A stretch of DNA of 64,000 nucleotides from an uncultured Prochlorococcus sp. (GTDB taxonomy: Bacteria; Cyanobacteriota; Cyanobacteriia; PCC-6307; Cyanobiaceae): contig CACARV010000001.1 of NCBI GenBank assembly GCA_902535025.1, positions 4,161-68,160 of the forward strand, in the 5' to 3' direction. Position 1 is the first letter of the stretch. Every line of letters starts with the position of its first letter. The position numbers were made by a program, and so were the translations under genes. Positions 22,963 through 33,699 of the stretch are shown here, in pieces. Below the pieces are notes generated by a model. That model searched no databases. It was not told where the DNA came from and saw only the letters and a list, made by a program, of their open reading frames with translations.

Positions 22963-24561
22963 ATGGAAATAAAAAAAGAAAAAATTCTTACGGTTAAAAA
23001 CCTCACTGTTCAATATAGTTTAAAGAAGAGCCCTATAATCAAAAATTTTAATCTTGAAATAGATAGAGGGGATCATTTAGCTATCATTGGCCCTTCTGGT
23101 TGCGGAAAGACTACTTTTGCAAAAACATTAGTAAATATGTTGCCTGAACAAGCAACTTCTCAAGGCCATATATCAATTTCATGTTTAGACCCTAGAAGTA
23201 TAAATAAGAAAGAAGCTCAATTATTTAGAAGAAAGAATTTTGGATTTATCTACCAAGATTCCATAAAAAAACTTAATCCACTTATGAAAGTTGGGGATCA
23301 TTTATATGAATTATTTAAAACTCATGATCAAACTAAATCATTTTTGCATATTAAAGAATTAGTGAAAGAAGTTTTTCAAAAAGTTGGAATTGAAGAAAGT
23401 TTACTTGATTCTTTTCCACATCAATTTAGTGGTGGAATGAGACAAAGAGTTTCTATAGCAATGGCTCTTGCTTTAAAACCTAAATTATTAATAGCTGATG
23501 AGCCTACGACAAGCCTTGATTCCGTAACAAGTTTTGAAATTATGAAAGAAATAATTGATTTATGTAATACATTTGGAACTACTTTAATTCTAATCAGTCA
23601 TGATATTAATCTTGCAGCAAAGTGGTGCAAGAAAATTGCAATAATTGAGAAAGGTTCGATCGTTGAAAATGGAAATATATCAGACATTCTTCAATCACCA
23701 AAGTCAGATATTGGCATAAAGTTAGTAAATGCTTCGAATGTAGTTATAGAATCAAATACTAAAAGCAATGTTCTTAATGAAGTCGTTTTAGAGGTAATTA
23801 ACTTAAGACATTGGTATAAATTAAATTCTTCAATTTTTCGGAATAAATGGAATAAGGCTTTAAATGAAGTAAGTTTTAAATTATTTAAAAATGAGACTCT
23901 TGGAATAGTCGGTTCTTCAGGAAGCGGTAAAAGTACATTATGTAGAGCTTTAATTGGACTTCTTAAAGTAAGAGGAGGTGAAATAAAAATTTATGACACG
24001 AATCATTTATCGAAAAAAAATAAATCTTATATAAAACATAGTTTTATACAAATTATTTTTCAAGATCCTTTTTCAAGTCTCAATCCAAAAATGACAATTA
24101 AAAATCTTTTGGAAGATATCTTTTTTATTCAAAAAATTTCAGATAAAAGAAAAATTGAAAAGGAATTAAAATTTATGATGAAAAATTTAAATCTTCCTTT
24201 CACGAATGATTTTTTAAATTCTTATCCAAGCCAACTATCTGGTGGACAATTGCAAAGAATTTCATTAGCAAGAGCGCTGTTATTGAAACCAAAAATTTTG
24301 ATTTGTGATGAGAGCGTAAATATGTTAGATGCTTCAGTAAAAATAGAAATTCTTAAATTGCTTAGAGTTTTGCAAGAAAAAATGGATTTAACTATTGTTT
24401 TTATCACTCATGATTTAGGTATTGCAAAAAGATTTTGCAATAGGTTGTTAGTAATGAATCATGGAAAGATAGTTGATGAGGGAGAGTGTTCAAAAATTTT
24501 TACTAAAACAAAAAACAAATATACAAAATCTCTTATAAATTCTTCTTTAAATCTTATTTAG
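22963..24561 (+). CDS. Peptide/nickel-type ABC transporter ATP-binding protein with two fused ATPase domains
   Basis: Two Walker A (GPSGCGKT, GSSGSGKS) and signature motifs (FSGGMRQR, LSGGQLQR). Confidence 0.88.
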   Translation: MEIKKEKILTVKNLTVQYSLKKSPIIKNFNLEIDRGDHLAIIGPSGCGKTTFAKTLVNMLPEQATSQGHISISCLDPRSINKKEAQLFRRKNFGFIYQDSIKKLNPLMKVGDHLYELFKTHDQTKSFLHIKELVKEVFQKVGIEESLLDSFPHQFSGGMRQRVSIAMALALKPKLLIADEPTTSLDSVTSFEIMKEIIDLCNTFGTTLILISHDINLAAKWCKKIAIIEKGSIVENGNISDILQSPKSDIGIKLVNASNVVIESNTKSNVLNEVVLEVINLRHWYKLNSSIFRNKWNKALNEVSFKLFKNETLGIVGSSGSGKSTLCRALIGLLKVRGGEIKIYDTNHLSKKNKSYIKHSFIQIIFQDPFSSLNPKMTIKNLLEDIFFIQKISDKRKIEKELKFMMKNLNLPFTNDFLNSYPSQLSGGQLQRISLARALLLKPKILICDESVNMLDASVKIEILKLLRVLQEKMDLTIVFITHDLGIAKRFCNRLLVMNHGKIVDEGECSKIFTKTKNKYTKSLINSSLNLI

Positions 24562-25513
24562 TTTTAAGGACTTTTATTAATTTTTGAAAATCCAAAGGTA
24601 ATTCTGCTTCAAATATCATTTCTTTACCATCTATTGGATGTTTGAGCCCAAGCTTAATAGCGTGTAATGCTTGACCTTCTAATTTACATGGTAGTTTTTT
24701 ACATCTTCCATATAATGGATCACCGATAATAGGATGATTCATGTGAGCGCAATGAACTCTTATTTGATGTGTTCGCCCCGTATCTAATTTGAAACTCATT
24801 AATGAGTAATTTCCCAATCTTTCTTTTAATTTCCAATAGGTGCAGGCATACCTTCCTAAATTGTCGTCAACTACTTTATATTTCAATCTATTTAATTTAT
24901 CCCTACCAATATTTCCAACTATTTGGCCTTCTTCAGAATTAGGTGCTCCATGAATTACTGCAATATATTCGCGTGAAGCTATTTTTTCTTTTATTTGTTT
25001 CTGGAGATTTACTAATGCCTCCTGGCTTTTTGCAACCACCATACATCCAGAGGTATCTTTATCTAATCTATGTACAATACCAGGTCTTAGTTTCCCATTA
25101 ATTCCAGGTAGATCATTACAGTGAAAAAGTAATCCATTGACTAAAGTTCCTGATTTGTGTCCCGGGGCTGGATGTACAATTAGTCCTGATTGCTTATTTA
25201 TTACTATGATATGCTCGTCTTCAAAAAGGATTTTTAAGTCCATTTTTTCAGGTTTCAGATATACAAGAGGCTCTGGAGGAGGCATCCAGATTTGAACATT
25301 GTCACCGTTTTTTAATGGAGTCTTTGCTTTCGCAGTCTTATAGTTTACGAGTACTAAACCTGAATTAATTAAATGTTGAATTCTTACTCTACTTTGTTCT
25401 GGCCTTTTACTTACCAACCATCTGTCTAGTCTCATAGGAAGAGGTAGCTCATAAATAATTTCTATAAGTTCACCCTCTCCGATACCAAAAGAATTTTTGT
25501 TATTTAATTCCAT
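24554..25513 (-). CDS. rluD: RluA/RluD-family 23S rRNA pseudouridine synthase
   Basis: S4-like N-terminus, HRLDKDTSG, TGRTHQIRVH. Confidence 0.88.
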   Translation of the reverse strand: MELNNKNSFGIGEGELIEIIYELPLPMRLDRWLVSKRPEQSRVRIQHLINSGLVLVNYKTAKAKTPLKNGDNVQIWMPPPEPLVYLKPEKMDLKILFEDEHIIVINKQSGLIVHPAPGHKSGTLVNGLLFHCNDLPGINGKLRPGIVHRLDKDTSGCMVVAKSQEALVNLQKQIKEKIASREYIAVIHGAPNSEEGQIVGNIGRDKLNRLKYKVVDDNLGRYACTYWKLKERLGNYSLMSFKLDTGRTHQIRVHCAHMNHPIIGDPLYGRCKKLPCKLEGQALHAIKLGLKHPIDGKEMIFEAELPLDFQKLIKVLKTK

Positions 25514-26376
25514 TGTGGGACTTCTAATGCAATTTTACCAAGCATTTGATTTCTATAATCTTCTAATAATTTATGAGACATTCTTCTTTTATCGCCAGAA
25601 GTATGTTTTATGGCTGCTTCATCGATCCAATCAGAGGGACTCTTAAAACCTTTTGTAATATCAACTCCATATCTATTAGATATTCGTTTTACTGAGATAT
25701 TCGCATTCTTATCTTTGTTTAGAATAGATATAATGTTGATAAATTCAATTGCGACACTCTCTATTTCATAAGCAGCTTCTCCAATATCGTCACATAACGC
25801 TAGATTAAGTGCTGATTTTTGATCTTTTAAATTTGGAGGTATAACGCCTGGAGCATCTAGTAGATCTATACCACTTTCTAATTTTATCCATCTTAAATTA
25901 CGAGTCACGCCTGCTTTCCTAGCACTGTCTACAACTTTTTTGTTCGCAATTCTATTAATTAATGCTGACTTACCTACGTTTGGAAAACCAAGTGTAAGTG
26001 CTCTAATTGGTCTAATTCGCATTCCCCTAGAAAGTCTCCTATCGTCAATTGATGACCTAGATTCTTTGGCGGACTTACAAATTTCTTTAATGCCTATACC
26101 TCTTTTAGCATCACACCAATGTGGATATTGATCTTTAGCATTAAACCATTTATTCCAACTAGTTATGGTGTTAGGGGAGATCATGTCTGATCGGTTAATA
26201 ACAAGAATATGTTTTTTATTGTTGATCCATTTGTTTAAGTGTGGATGTCCTGTTGACAAAGGGATTCTTGCATCTCTAACTTCTAAAACTAAATCTACTT
26301 TATTGATAACTTCAGATAATTTTTTTTCTGCTTTTGCAATATGGCCTGGATACCATTGAATTTTGGGTATGTCCAC
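25504..26376 (-). CDS. ylqF: Ribosome biogenesis GTPase YlqF/RbgA
   Basis: IQWYPGHIAKA, DARIP, GFPNVGKS, DAPG. Confidence 0.93.
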   Translation of the reverse strand: MDIPKIQWYPGHIAKAEKKLSEVINKVDLVLEVRDARIPLSTGHPHLNKWINNKKHILVINRSDMISPNTITSWNKWFNAKDQYPHWCDAKRGIGIKEICKSAKESRSSIDDRRLSRGMRIRPIRALTLGFPNVGKSALINRIANKKVVDSARKAGVTRNLRWIKLESGIDLLDAPGVIPPNLKDQKSALNLALCDDIGEAAYEIESVAIEFINIISILNKDKNANISVKRISNRYGVDITKGFKSPSDWIDEAAIKHTSGDKRRMSHKLLEDYRNQMLGKIALEVPQWN

Positions 26377-26513
26377 TTCAATAAATCAAATAAAATTTTG
26401 TATTCCTTTTAATTTTTATAAGTTACAAAAGTATTTACTTCTAAATTTTAGTACATATTTAATAACTAAAAAATTTTTATAATAGTTAATTCTTAAAATT
26501 TATTAAGGCATAG

Positions 26514-26556
26514 GTAACAGTTACTACTTTTTAACCCAATAAGCACAAATTAACGT
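26514..26556 (+). promoter_or_regulatory. Candidate NtcA-type promoter upstream of pgk
   Basis: GTA-ACAGTTAC-TAC (26514-26527), 23 nt spacer, TAACGT (TA-N3-T) at 26551-26556. Confidence 0.35.
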
Positions 26557-26588
26557 TAGGGTTTTAAAATTAAAATTAAGTTTGTTTA

Positions 26589-27797
26589 ATGTCAAAATTA
26601 TCTCTTTCCAGTCTTGACAAGACACATCTAGAAGGGAAAAAAGTTCTTGTCAGAGTAGATTTTAATGTTCCATTAAATGAAGATTGCCAAATAACCGACG
26701 ATACTCGTATTAGAGCAGCGATTCCGACTATTGAATATCTCATTAATCATTCTGCAAAAGTTATCTTAGCTGCACATTTTGGAAGACCAAAGGGCCAGGT
26801 AAATGAAAAAATGAGACTAACTCCAGTAGCAGCAAGATTAAGTGATTTGTTGGGAAAAAATGTTTCTCTTACTAACAGTTGTGTAGGTGATGAATCATTT
26901 GCATTATCAAATAGTTTAAATAATGGAGATGTTCTTTTACTTGAAAATGTTCGTTTCTTTGGTGAAGAGGAAAAGAATGACTTGGATTTTGCTAAAAATT
27001 TAGCATCACATGCAGATATGTATGTTAATGATGCTTTTGGAGCTGCTCATAGAGCTCATGCTTCAACTCAGGGAGTTACGAATTACTTAAGTCCATCAGT
27101 AGCTGGATTCCTTTTAGAAAAAGAATTGAAATATTTACAAGGCGCAATAGATTCCCCAAAGCGTCCATTGGCAGCAATAGTTGGAGGATCAAAGGTTAGT
27201 AGCAAAATAGGAGTGCTTGATTCTTTACTAGATAAGTGTGACAAAATAATGATTGGCGGAGGTATGATTTTTACTTTTTATAAAGCGAGAGGTCTAGATG
27301 TTGGACAGAGCCTTGTAGAAGAAGATAAACTTGAGCTTGCCAAAGATTTAGAAGCAAAAGCAAAAGCAAAAGGAGTCGAATTATTATTACCCACTGATGT
27401 AGTTTTAGCTAATGAATTTTCTCCTGACGCCGAAAGTAAAATATCTCAAATTGATTCAATTAGTGGCAATTGGATGGGTCTAGATATTGGTCCAGACTCA
27501 ATTAAAGTTTTTCAGAATGCTCTTGCAGAATGCAAGACAATAATTTGGAATGGTCCAATGGGAGTTTTTGAATTTGATAAATTTGCAGATGGCACAAATG
27601 CAATAGCTACTACCCTTGCGGATTTAAGCTCTTTTTCTGAAGTTTGTACGATAATTGGTGGTGGAGATTCTGTAGCAGCAGTGGAGAAAGCTGGATTGGC
27701 TGAAAAAATGTCACATATATCCACTGGTGGCGGAGCCAGTTTAGAACTTTTAGAAGGTAAAACTTTACCAGGGGTTGCTGCCTTAAATGATGCTTAA
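26589..27797 (+). CDS. pgk: Phosphoglycerate kinase
   Basis: [44 protein letters not shown]. Confidence 0.97.
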   Translation: MSKLSLSSLDKTHLEGKKVLVRVDFNVPLNEDCQITDDTRIRAAIPTIEYLINHSAKVILAAHFGRPKGQVNEKMRLTPVAARLSDLLGKNVSLTNSCVGDESFALSNSLNNGDVLLLENVRFFGEEEKNDLDFAKNLASHADMYVNDAFGAAHRAHASTQGVTNYLSPSVAGFLLEKELKYLQGAIDSPKRPLAAIVGGSKVSSKIGVLDSLLDKCDKIMIGGGMIFTFYKARGLDVGQSLVEEDKLELAKDLEAKAKAKGVELLLPTDVVLANEFSPDAESKISQIDSISGNWMGLDIGPDSIKVFQNALAECKTIIWNGPMGVFEFDKFADGTNAIATTLADLSSFSEVCTIIGGGDSVAAVEKAGLAEKMSHISTGGGASLELLEGKTLPGVAALNDA

Positions 27798-27798
27798 G

Positions 27799-28524
27799 CT
27801 ATAATTTATCAACAATCTCAATACTTTTTGTAAAATTAATTATGCCCTCTGGGTGAGCTATAATTCCTGACCATATTTGTATTCCAGCTTTTGCTGGAGC
27901 TCTCGTTATTTTAAAAATTCCCCCAGATGATAATGGCTCCAATATTATTTCTTGTTCAAAAAATGAACTTACTTGATGAGGTATTATAGTGCCTACAATA
28001 ATTACATCTTCAAGAGGTTTATTTAAAATAATATCTATGTCATATTTTGAACCAGTAAGAACTTTATCAGGAATGTTAAAACTAATATCTATTTTATTGT
28101 TATCATTTCTTATTGTTGTGAATAAATTTTTAATGTTTCCCTCAGTTATTTTCCCATTTAGAATTGAATATAAATAATCAAAATTGGATTCTAGTATATG
28201 TATCTCATTGTTAACTATTTTTTTTCCCAAAACTTTTATACGCAAAATATCTATATTAGGAATTTGAGACTTTAATCTTTTGATTTTCCATTTGCTGTCT
28301 GGGAAATCATTAGTAATTTTTGAAAATTGTTTTAGTATATTTTGGTATTCATCATTTCTAAAGTTTTTTTTAATCAATTTTAAATCTCTAGAATTTAAAG
28401 AGTTTTCTAGATTTCTTATAAAGTCAACTTTTAAAGTTTTCGTTATTGCTGAATAGGGAATAATCAAATAAACAAATATATAAAGAGGAACTGCTATATT
28501 TTTGAATAAGTTTAAATTAAACAT
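27799..28524 (-). CDS. Hypothetical exported/membrane-anchored protein
   Basis: 241-aa ORF filling the pgk-murG gap, N-terminal hydrophobic segment, GGIFK motif. Confidence 0.65.
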   Translation of the reverse strand: MFNLNLFKNIAVPLYIFVYLIIPYSAITKTLKVDFIRNLENSLNSRDLKLIKKNFRNDEYQNILKQFSKITNDFPDSKWKIKRLKSQIPNIDILRIKVLGKKIVNNEIHILESNFDYLYSILNGKITEGNIKNLFTTIRNDNNKIDISFNIPDKVLTGSKYDIDIILNKPLEDVIIVGTIIPHQVSSFFEQEIILEPLSSGGIFKITRAPAKAGIQIWSGIIAHPEGIINFTKSIEIVDKL

Positions 28525-28565
28525 GTTTGTAATGTGTTATTTTCATTCTACTAATTTAGGTTTTT

Positions 28566-29657
28566 ATGTCTAAAAAAAACAATTTACTAGTTGCAGCTAG
28601 TGGAACAGGTGGGCATATTTTCCCAGCTTTAGCAGTTTCCAAAGCGGTAGAGGACGCATGGAATATTCATTGGTTGGGTGTGCATCAAAGACTTGATGCA
28701 AATTTTATTCCTAAAAAATATAATTTGACGACACTGAATATAAAGACACCAAGACAAAATATTTTTTTGTTTTATCAATATATAGAAATTTTAATGTCAA
28801 CTTTTCAAATAATTCGAATTATAAAAGAAAAAAAAATTAACTTAGTTTTTACGACAGGAGGTTATTTATCAGCACCTACTATTGTTGCTTCAAAAATTCT
28901 TAGGGTACCAGTGATTATTCATGAATCAAATTTAATTCCTGGAATGGTTACGAAATATTTTGGTTTTTTATGTAATTATGTTCTTTTGGGATTTAAGAAA
29001 ACAAATTCTTATTTAAAACATTGTAGAACTATATTCACTGGTACACCTTTAAGAGAGCAATTCTATAAATCAAATATTTTGCCAGAGTGGGCTCCAAAAG
29101 GGGAGGGACCGCTCTTGATTTTTATGGGAGGTAGTCAAGGAGCAAAAGCTATAAATCAAATTCTTTATGAATCTCTGGAATTTTTAGTGAAAAAACAGTT
29201 TCGGATAGTTCATATTATTGGAGAATGTAATCAAAAATCCTTTCAAGTAAGAAATTCAAAAAATTATGTCAAAAGAAAATTTACTAATGAAATCGCAGCT
29301 TTAATCCAAAACTGTGATCTTGTAATATCTAGATCTGGTTCAGGAATTATAAATGAACTAATAGAGACTGAAAAGCCTTCAATTTTAATTCCATATCCTT
29401 ATTCAAAAAATAATCACCAGGAGCAAAATGCAATAATTCTTGCTGAAAATGGAGGCTCAATTTTAATGAATCAAAATAAAATTTCTAAAGAAGTTTTTGA
29501 AGAGATCATAGAAAGAATTTTTAAAATAAAATCAAAAAATGGTAAAAATCGGTATGAAATATTAGATCTCATGAAGAAGAATATGGTAAATAATAATAAA
29601 ATTAAATCTAAAATTGAAATTAAAAAATTAATTAATTATTTTTTAAAGGAATTTTGA
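28566..29657 (+). CDS. murG: Lipid II GlcNAc transferase MurG
   Basis: ASGTGGHIFPA, TGGY, HESN, GGSQGA, NHQEQNA. Confidence 0.95.
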   Translation: MSKKNNLLVAASGTGGHIFPALAVSKAVEDAWNIHWLGVHQRLDANFIPKKYNLTTLNIKTPRQNIFLFYQYIEILMSTFQIIRIIKEKKINLVFTTGGYLSAPTIVASKILRVPVIIHESNLIPGMVTKYFGFLCNYVLLGFKKTNSYLKHCRTIFTGTPLREQFYKSNILPEWAPKGEGPLLIFMGGSQGAKAINQILYESLEFLVKKQFRIVHIIGECNQKSFQVRNSKNYVKRKFTNEIAALIQNCDLVISRSGSGIINELIETEKPSILIPYPYSKNNHQEQNAIILAENGGSILMNQNKISKEVFEEIIERIFKIKSKNGKNRYEILDLMKKNMVNNNKIKSKIEIKKLINYFLKEF

Positions 29658-30760
29658 ATTTCTTTACATAAAAGACTATTATTTTCCTTACTCTGCAAGC
29701 TTATTCTTGCCCACTTTTCGTTTAGAAATTTAAATGAAGTGCATTCCCTAATTAATATTCCCTTATTTTCTAAGTATTGTATGTTCTGCGACAAAGATGT
29801 TTTACTTTCTATTAAAAAAAAATTGGTTGAGGAGCTATGTACCGTAAGGTGTTCAATGTTTGATAGTTTTTTGCATACTCTCTTTCTTTCAATATTTATC
29901 CAACTGTGAATCTGTCTTGTCCATTCTTCGTAGAATTCCTTATTACTTAGTAGGTCAATTCCTGCTCTGATAGCAAAGGAATTTAATGGCCAAGGATCTC
30001 TATTGATTCTCCATTCCTTAAGTTTTTCCGATGAGCCAATAACGTAACCTAATCTAAGACCAGGAATATTAAATATTTTGGTCAAGCTTCGTAAGACTAA
30101 TAAATTATTATATTTTTTGGTTAATGGTATTAATGATTCTTTTTCTCCATTAGGTGTTATCGATAAGAAAGCCTCATCACAGATAACTAACTTATATTTT
30201 TTTAGAATTGCCTCTAATGAATCTTTCCCCCACAATTGGCCAGTAGGGTTATGTGGATTTGTTATCCAAATAACATCGCCTTTAGGATGAAGTGGAAATG
30301 ATTGGGGAAAAATATTATTCCAGTTTTTTGGTAATTTGCAATGTATAAAATTGCTATTCCAACATTTTAAAGATCTTCCATAATCAACAAATCCAGGTGA
30401 AGGAATACAACTTATTCCAAATTTAGATGCTTCATAACCTGCCCAGGTTATTAGCTCAGAAGCTCCATTTCCTGGCAAAATGTTTTCAGGATTTATATCA
30501 TGAAATTTACCAATTATTTCTTTCAAATCACACAAGTTTCTATCAGGGTAATATCTAAATCCAAGATTCTTAATTTCCGCATTTAATGAATCTATAAGTA
30601 TTTGAGGGGGATCAAAGGGTACTAATGAGGCACTTGCATCAATAATTTCACAGGGTAATAAATTTAATTTTTTTGCGTTCGCAAATACATTTCCTCCGTG
30701 TTTTAAATTTGATATTTGCATGACTTCTTTTGTGTAATCGTTAAGTTCCGATTGATTCAT
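29636..30760 (-). CDS. cobD: Threonine-phosphate decarboxylase (cobalamin pathway, PLP class I/II)
   Basis: HGGN, GNGASELI, TNPHNPTG, DEAF, RSLTKIFNIPGLRLG. Confidence 0.8.
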   Translation of the reverse strand: MNQSELNDYTKEVMQISNLKHGGNVFANAKKLNLLPCEIIDASASLVPFDPPQILIDSLNAEIKNLGFRYYPDRNLCDLKEIIGKFHDINPENILPGNGASELITWAGYEASKFGISCIPSPGFVDYGRSLKCWNSNFIHCKLPKNWNNIFPQSFPLHPKGDVIWITNPHNPTGQLWGKDSLEAILKKYKLVICDEAFLSITPNGEKESLIPLTKKYNNLLVLRSLTKIFNIPGLRLGYVIGSSEKLKEWRINRDPWPLNSFAIRAGIDLLSNKEFYEEWTRQIHSWINIERKRVCKKLSNIEHLTVHSSSTNFFLIESKTSLSQNIQYLENKGILIRECTSFKFLNEKWARISLQSKENNSLLCKEIQNSFKK

Positions 30761-30775
30761 TGTTCATTTTTTATT

Positions 30776-31945
30776 TTATTCAACCCATTTGAGATCTGAT
30801 CCAATTGCCTCTTTTATATTTGATAATTGATGGTGATTCAGTTGCTTTATTAGTCCCTCAAGGATATCGGGAACTAATTGTGGCCCCTTATATATCCATC
30901 CAGTATAAAGTTGAATTAATGATGCTCCAGAACAAATTCTTTCCCAAGCTGACTCAGGACTGTCAATTCCACCAACGCCAATTAAAATAATTTTTTTATC
31001 AATATTATAAATATGTTTTACTATTTGATTCGCTTTTTTTTGTAGTGGCCTCCCACTTAATCCTCCGTTTTCTTCAGAAAGTAATAATCCAGTTTGCCTG
31101 ATTTTTCTATTTTCAAGACCTAATCTATCAATGCTGGTGTTAGTAGCAATTATCCCATCGATATTTTCCTCAATTACTAATTGACAAATATTTTCAATAT
31201 CTTTAAGACTTAAATCTGGTGCAATTTTTACAAATAATGGAGGACAATCAGGCAAGTTTTTAATTTCTCTAAGAAGTTCTTTTAGAAGAATTGGATCTTG
31301 TAACTTTCTTAGCCCTTCAGTATTTGGTGAACTTACGTTTATTGCTGCGTAGTTACAATATGGAATTAATAATTTAAGAGAGGTTAAATAATCATCTTTT
31401 GCTCGAGATAAATCTGTAATTTTAGATTTACCGAAATTTATTCCTAGACAAATGTTCTTTCTATTTTTTTTAAATTCAACACCCTGTTCAAGAAAGGTTT
31501 TAACTAGATTTTCAGCACCATTATTATTGAAACCCATCCTATTTAATGCTGCCTTTTCTTGAGCTAATCTAAATAACCTTGGTTTGGGATTCCCATTTTG
31601 TGCAAATTTAGTTACCGTACCAATCTCAGCGAATCCAAAACCAAAATCTCTCCAAATATTTGCAGCATTTCCATTTTTGTCAAAACCCGCAGCTAAACCA
31701 ATTGGATTACAAAAGTTTATTCCGCATATGGTCTGAGTTAACCTTTGATCTACTACAGAAAATTCTTCCTTTAGATTTTTTAGGATAGAGGACACTACAG
31801 GCCAATTATGTTTTCTGGATGTGAATGATAGTATGCTAAGTGATAAATTAGTTAAATATTCTGCATCTATTCCAGAATCATTTTTTAGAATAGGATTCAT
31901 CAAGTTTTTATAAAGATTTTTAAATACCCCCTTTTGTTCATTCAT
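30776..31945 (-). CDS. pyrD: Quinone-dependent dihydroorotate dehydrogenase
   Basis: GLAAGFDKN, NRMGFNN, NVSSPNT, KIAPD, GGLSG. Confidence 0.95.
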   Translation of the reverse strand: MNEQKGVFKNLYKNLMNPILKNDSGIDAEYLTNLSLSILSFTSRKHNWPVVSSILKNLKEEFSVVDQRLTQTICGINFCNPIGLAAGFDKNGNAANIWRDFGFGFAEIGTVTKFAQNGNPKPRLFRLAQEKAALNRMGFNNNGAENLVKTFLEQGVEFKKNRKNICLGINFGKSKITDLSRAKDDYLTSLKLLIPYCNYAAINVSSPNTEGLRKLQDPILLKELLREIKNLPDCPPLFVKIAPDLSLKDIENICQLVIEENIDGIIATNTSIDRLGLENRKIRQTGLLLSEENGGLSGRPLQKKANQIVKHIYNIDKKIILIGVGGIDSPESAWERICSGASLIQLYTGWIYKGPQLVPDILEGLIKQLNHHQLSNIKEAIGSDLKWVE

Positions 31946-31951
31946 AAATAT

Positions 31952-32671
31952 TTAGGATTCTTTTTTTTCTATTATCCAATATTTTTTATCTTTAGGAATT
32001 AATTTCCAATTACGCCATTCAAAAAGATAATATTGTTTTATCTTTAAGTGGTTTTCTTCACCAAGTAAGTTAATTAGTTCTGGTGAACTGAGCAGGTACT
32101 TTTTTTCTGAAAATTTTTGAATTAATTCATTTCTTGAGAATAATTCCTGAATTTCTGTAGGCGCATTTTTTTCAAAAAAATCAACTGAGCATTCTTCTTC
32201 TTTTAAATTGCTTATTTTAGATATGCCTTTGCTATAGTTTGTTGCGATTTGATCAACCCTATCATTTTGTTTATCCCCGCTATGACCTTTGACATATTCC
32301 ATTATTAGGCCATTAATTCTTAATTGATCAATTTTTCGCCACAAATCAACATTTTGAACTGATTTTCCTGAGCTAGTTTTCCAACCATTTCTCTTCCAAT
32401 TAATAATCCATTTTGTATATCCTTCTATGACATATTTACTATCAGTTCTTAATTTAAAGTTTTCTTTTAATTTATAGGTTTTTAATTTCTCAAGTGTTTT
32501 TATAGCCGCAGTCAGTTCCATTCTATTATTAGTGGTATTTTGTTCTGAACCACCTATTTCCAATTCGCTATTATCGTCGAAAATTATTAAACCGCCCCAA
32601 CCACCTGGACCTGGATTACCACTGCAGGCTCCGTCAGTTGCAGCTTCAATCGCAATACTATCACTATTCAT
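31952..32671 (-). CDS. rnhA: Ribonuclease HI with C-terminal extension
   Basis: TDGACSGNPGPGGWG, TNNRMEL, TDSKY, VKGHSG, NDRVD. Confidence 0.93.
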   Translation of the reverse strand: MNSDSIAIEAATDGACSGNPGPGGWGGLIIFDDNSELEIGGSEQNTTNNRMELTAAIKTLEKLKTYKLKENFKLRTDSKYVIEGYTKWIINWKRNGWKTSSGKSVQNVDLWRKIDQLRINGLIMEYVKGHSGDKQNDRVDQIATNYSKGISKISNLKEEECSVDFFEKNAPTEIQELFSRNELIQKFSEKKYLLSSPELINLLGEENHLKIKQYYLFEWRNWKLIPKDKKYWIIEKKES

Positions 32672-32673
32672 AA

Positions 32674-32710
32674 TTTTTGAAGCCGATATTAAAATTATCG
32701 GCTTGAAAAA
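32674..32710 (-). other. Stem-loop between rplL stop and rnhA start
   Basis: Perfect 9-bp inverted repeat AAGCCGATA/TATCGGCTT (32680-32704) with T5/A5 flanks; no 3' U-tract on the transcribed strand. Confidence 0.6.
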
Positions 32711-32718
32711 ATGTACTC

Positions 32719-33114
32719 TTATTTAAGTGTAACTTTACCGCCAGCTTCTTCAATCTCTTTCTTTAAAGATTCAGCATCTGCTTTTGCAATACCTTCTTTT
32801 ACTGTTTTCGGTGCAGATTCAACAAGTGCTTTAGCATCACCAAGACCAAGTCCAGTTGCATTTCTCACAACTTTAAGGACTTTGATTTTTGCAGCAGCAT
32901 CAAAGCTTTCGAGAACTACATCAAATTCAGTTTTTTCTTCGGCAGCTCCACCATCTCCATCAGCACCAGCTGCTCCTGGAGATGCCATCACTACACCTGC
33001 AGAAGCTGCAGCAGATACACCAAAAGCCTCTTCAATTTCTTTTACAAGCTCAGATGCTTCTAAAAGTGAAAGAGATTTTAATGATTCAAGAATTTCTTCA
33101 GTTTTTGCGGACAT
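32719..33114 (-). CDS. rplL: 50S ribosomal protein L7/L12
   Basis: [31 protein letters not shown]. Confidence 0.97.
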   Translation of the reverse strand: MSAKTEEILESLKSLSLLEASELVKEIEEAFGVSAAASAGVVMASPGAAGADGDGGAAEEKTEFDVVLESFDAAAKIKVLKVVRNATGLGLGDAKALVESAPKTVKEGIAKADAESLKKEIEEAGGKVTLK

Positions 33115-33142
33115 TTTCTTAAAATTTAATTAGGGTTTGAAT

Positions 33143-33670
33143 TTAAGATTCTGATTTTTCAGAATGTTGTTTAAGTGATCTAGCAATTCCAGAAGGCACT
33201 TCGTTAATAGAGATCGCAATTTTTGTTGCAACACCATTTATAGCGCCAGCAATTTTTGCCATCAATACTTCTTTAGATGGAAGACTTGCAATTTCTTTTA
33301 TTTCAGAATCGCTAAGAAGTCTGCCTTCGAATAAAGCTCCTTTGGTTTCGGATTTTTTGATGTCTTTTTGAAAAGATTGAATCGCTTTTACAGCACCACC
33401 AACATCTTCTTTGATTAAGACAAAAGCATTTGTTCCGGTCAGTAAAGATTCAAGATCATTCCAATTACTATCTCCATTAATAGCTTTTCGCATTAATGAA
33501 TTTTTAGTAACTTTGCAAATGCCATTAGTTGATTGCAATCTAGATCGCAAATCTGACATTTCTTTGATAGTTAAACCTTTATAGTCAAGAACCACAGCCA
33601 TTTCCGAGTCGTTTAAGAGAGATTTAATCTCACTAACGATTTCTTGCTTATTCTCTAGTGTTCGGCCCAT
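33143..33670 (-). CDS. rplJ: 50S ribosomal protein L10
   Basis: Start reassigned to [12 protein letters not shown] (ATG 33670); DYKGLT, KVTKNSL, LPSKEVL. Confidence 0.95.
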   Translation of the reverse strand: MGRTLENKQEIVSEIKSLLNDSEMAVVLDYKGLTIKEMSDLRSRLQSTNGICKVTKNSLMRKAINGDSNWNDLESLLTGTNAFVLIKEDVGGAVKAIQSFQKDIKKSETKGALFEGRLLSDSEIKEIASLPSKEVLMAKIAGAINGVATKIAISINEVPSGIARSLKQHSEKSES

Positions 33671-33699
33671 TTTTTTGTTTTTTAGGATCGTATTTAGGG

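Noticed and set aside
32711-33133. Antisense ORFs over rplL (and similar ones over rplA, nusG, clpB, hemB, obg, aroC, psbA and others)
   Set aside because: All overlap well-supported genes on the opposite strand or in another frame and have no recognisable motifs.
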